Assembly (NCBI RefSeq): GCF_964213995.1
Contig: NC_135812.1
Coordinates: 62,496,001-62,560,000 of the forward strand
Direction of reading: 5' to 3'
Length of the DNA stretch: 64,000 nucleotides
DNA from: Mustelus asterias
Lineage: Eukaryota
How positions within the stretch are numbered: the stretch's first letter is position 1; each line of letters begins with the position of its first letter. Below the pieces are notes generated by a model, which had not been told where the DNA came from, did no database searches, and saw nothing but the letters and a program-made list of their open reading frames with translations. A program made the translations under genes and the position numbers. Of this stretch, positions 63,335-64,000 are shown in pieces.

Positions 63335-63505
63335 AAAAAACAGTACTGCACAGGAACAGGCCCTTAGGCCCACCAAGTCTGTGCCAACACGGATGCCTTT
63401 CTAATCTAATATTTTCTTGCCTCTACGTGGTCCATATCCCTCTTTTCCATGCCTATTCATGTATCTATCCAGATGCCTCTTGAACATCATTATAGAATCT
63501 GCTTT
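63335..63505 (-). mobile_element. CR1 3' tail fragment
   Basis: Close match to 47995-48165. Confidence 0.8.
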
Positions 63506-64000
63506 TCAAAGGATTTCCTCACAGCAACATGAAGATGACCAGAAAGTCAGTGGTGTGAAAGGGATCAAATATGTGCCTTTCCTATGGTAATATACTGCAT
63601 GCAGGTGTTCAGAATATCTGGTTGAAAAACAGTACATTAACTATTGATAAAATCTTACCAATTAACTTTATACTCCATTGGACAGATTTCTATATTAATA
63701 GACAGTTTCATCCCTTCATTCTGGTAAATTATTCCTACTTCAATAACACCAGTCGTTGCAAAGATTGTATTTAGTGAATCTGACCATCGAGCTATGATAA
63801 GATAACTAAAGATGACAGGAAACTACTGTGAGTTATTGAACATGCCACTCTAAGTGAAAACCATCCCAAGTTTCTTTTTTCCCTTTTGGTGACAGCTTTG
63901 CATATACACCTTGCAGAATGTGAGCAGCAACCCTAACCTGTGTAAAAGGTCAGTAGGACATACAGATTGATGCAAATTCATTCTGCAACAAGCTAACACG

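Noticed and set aside
1-64000. CRISPR arrays, operons or other prokaryotic systems
   Set aside because: There are no regularly spaced repeats with unique spacers. The window is vertebrate intronic and intergenic DNA.

Overview
Eukaryotic, repeat-dense genomic DNA, most likely from a shark or other cartilaginous fish. The evidence is HE1/V-SINEs, a SacSINE1-like DeuSINE and abundant CR1-clade LINEs. The only host gene I can support is the 3' end of an MPRIP-family gene (myosin phosphatase Rho-interacting protein-like) on the minus strand. Its last eight coding exons (61970 down to stop 24743) have consistent GT-AG boundaries and phases, and a ~1.7 kb 3'UTR ends near 23025. The rest is transposon-derived: CR1, L2, RTE and Tx1 LINE pieces, several SINE families, Gypsy/LTR remnants, a solo LTR and MITE-like elements. 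The most interesting signal is a family of Penelope-like element (PLE) ends carrying a minimal hammerhead-ribozyme motif (CUGAnGA...GAAA-GC-UH). Several copies are foldback (inverted) insertions with target-site duplications, and one perfect hairpin copy breaks at the predicted self-cleavage site. The window also has several short locally templated, often inverted, insertions. Family names come from remembered consensus and protein motifs, not database searches. Repeat boundaries are approximate unless a TSD or splice site is quoted.
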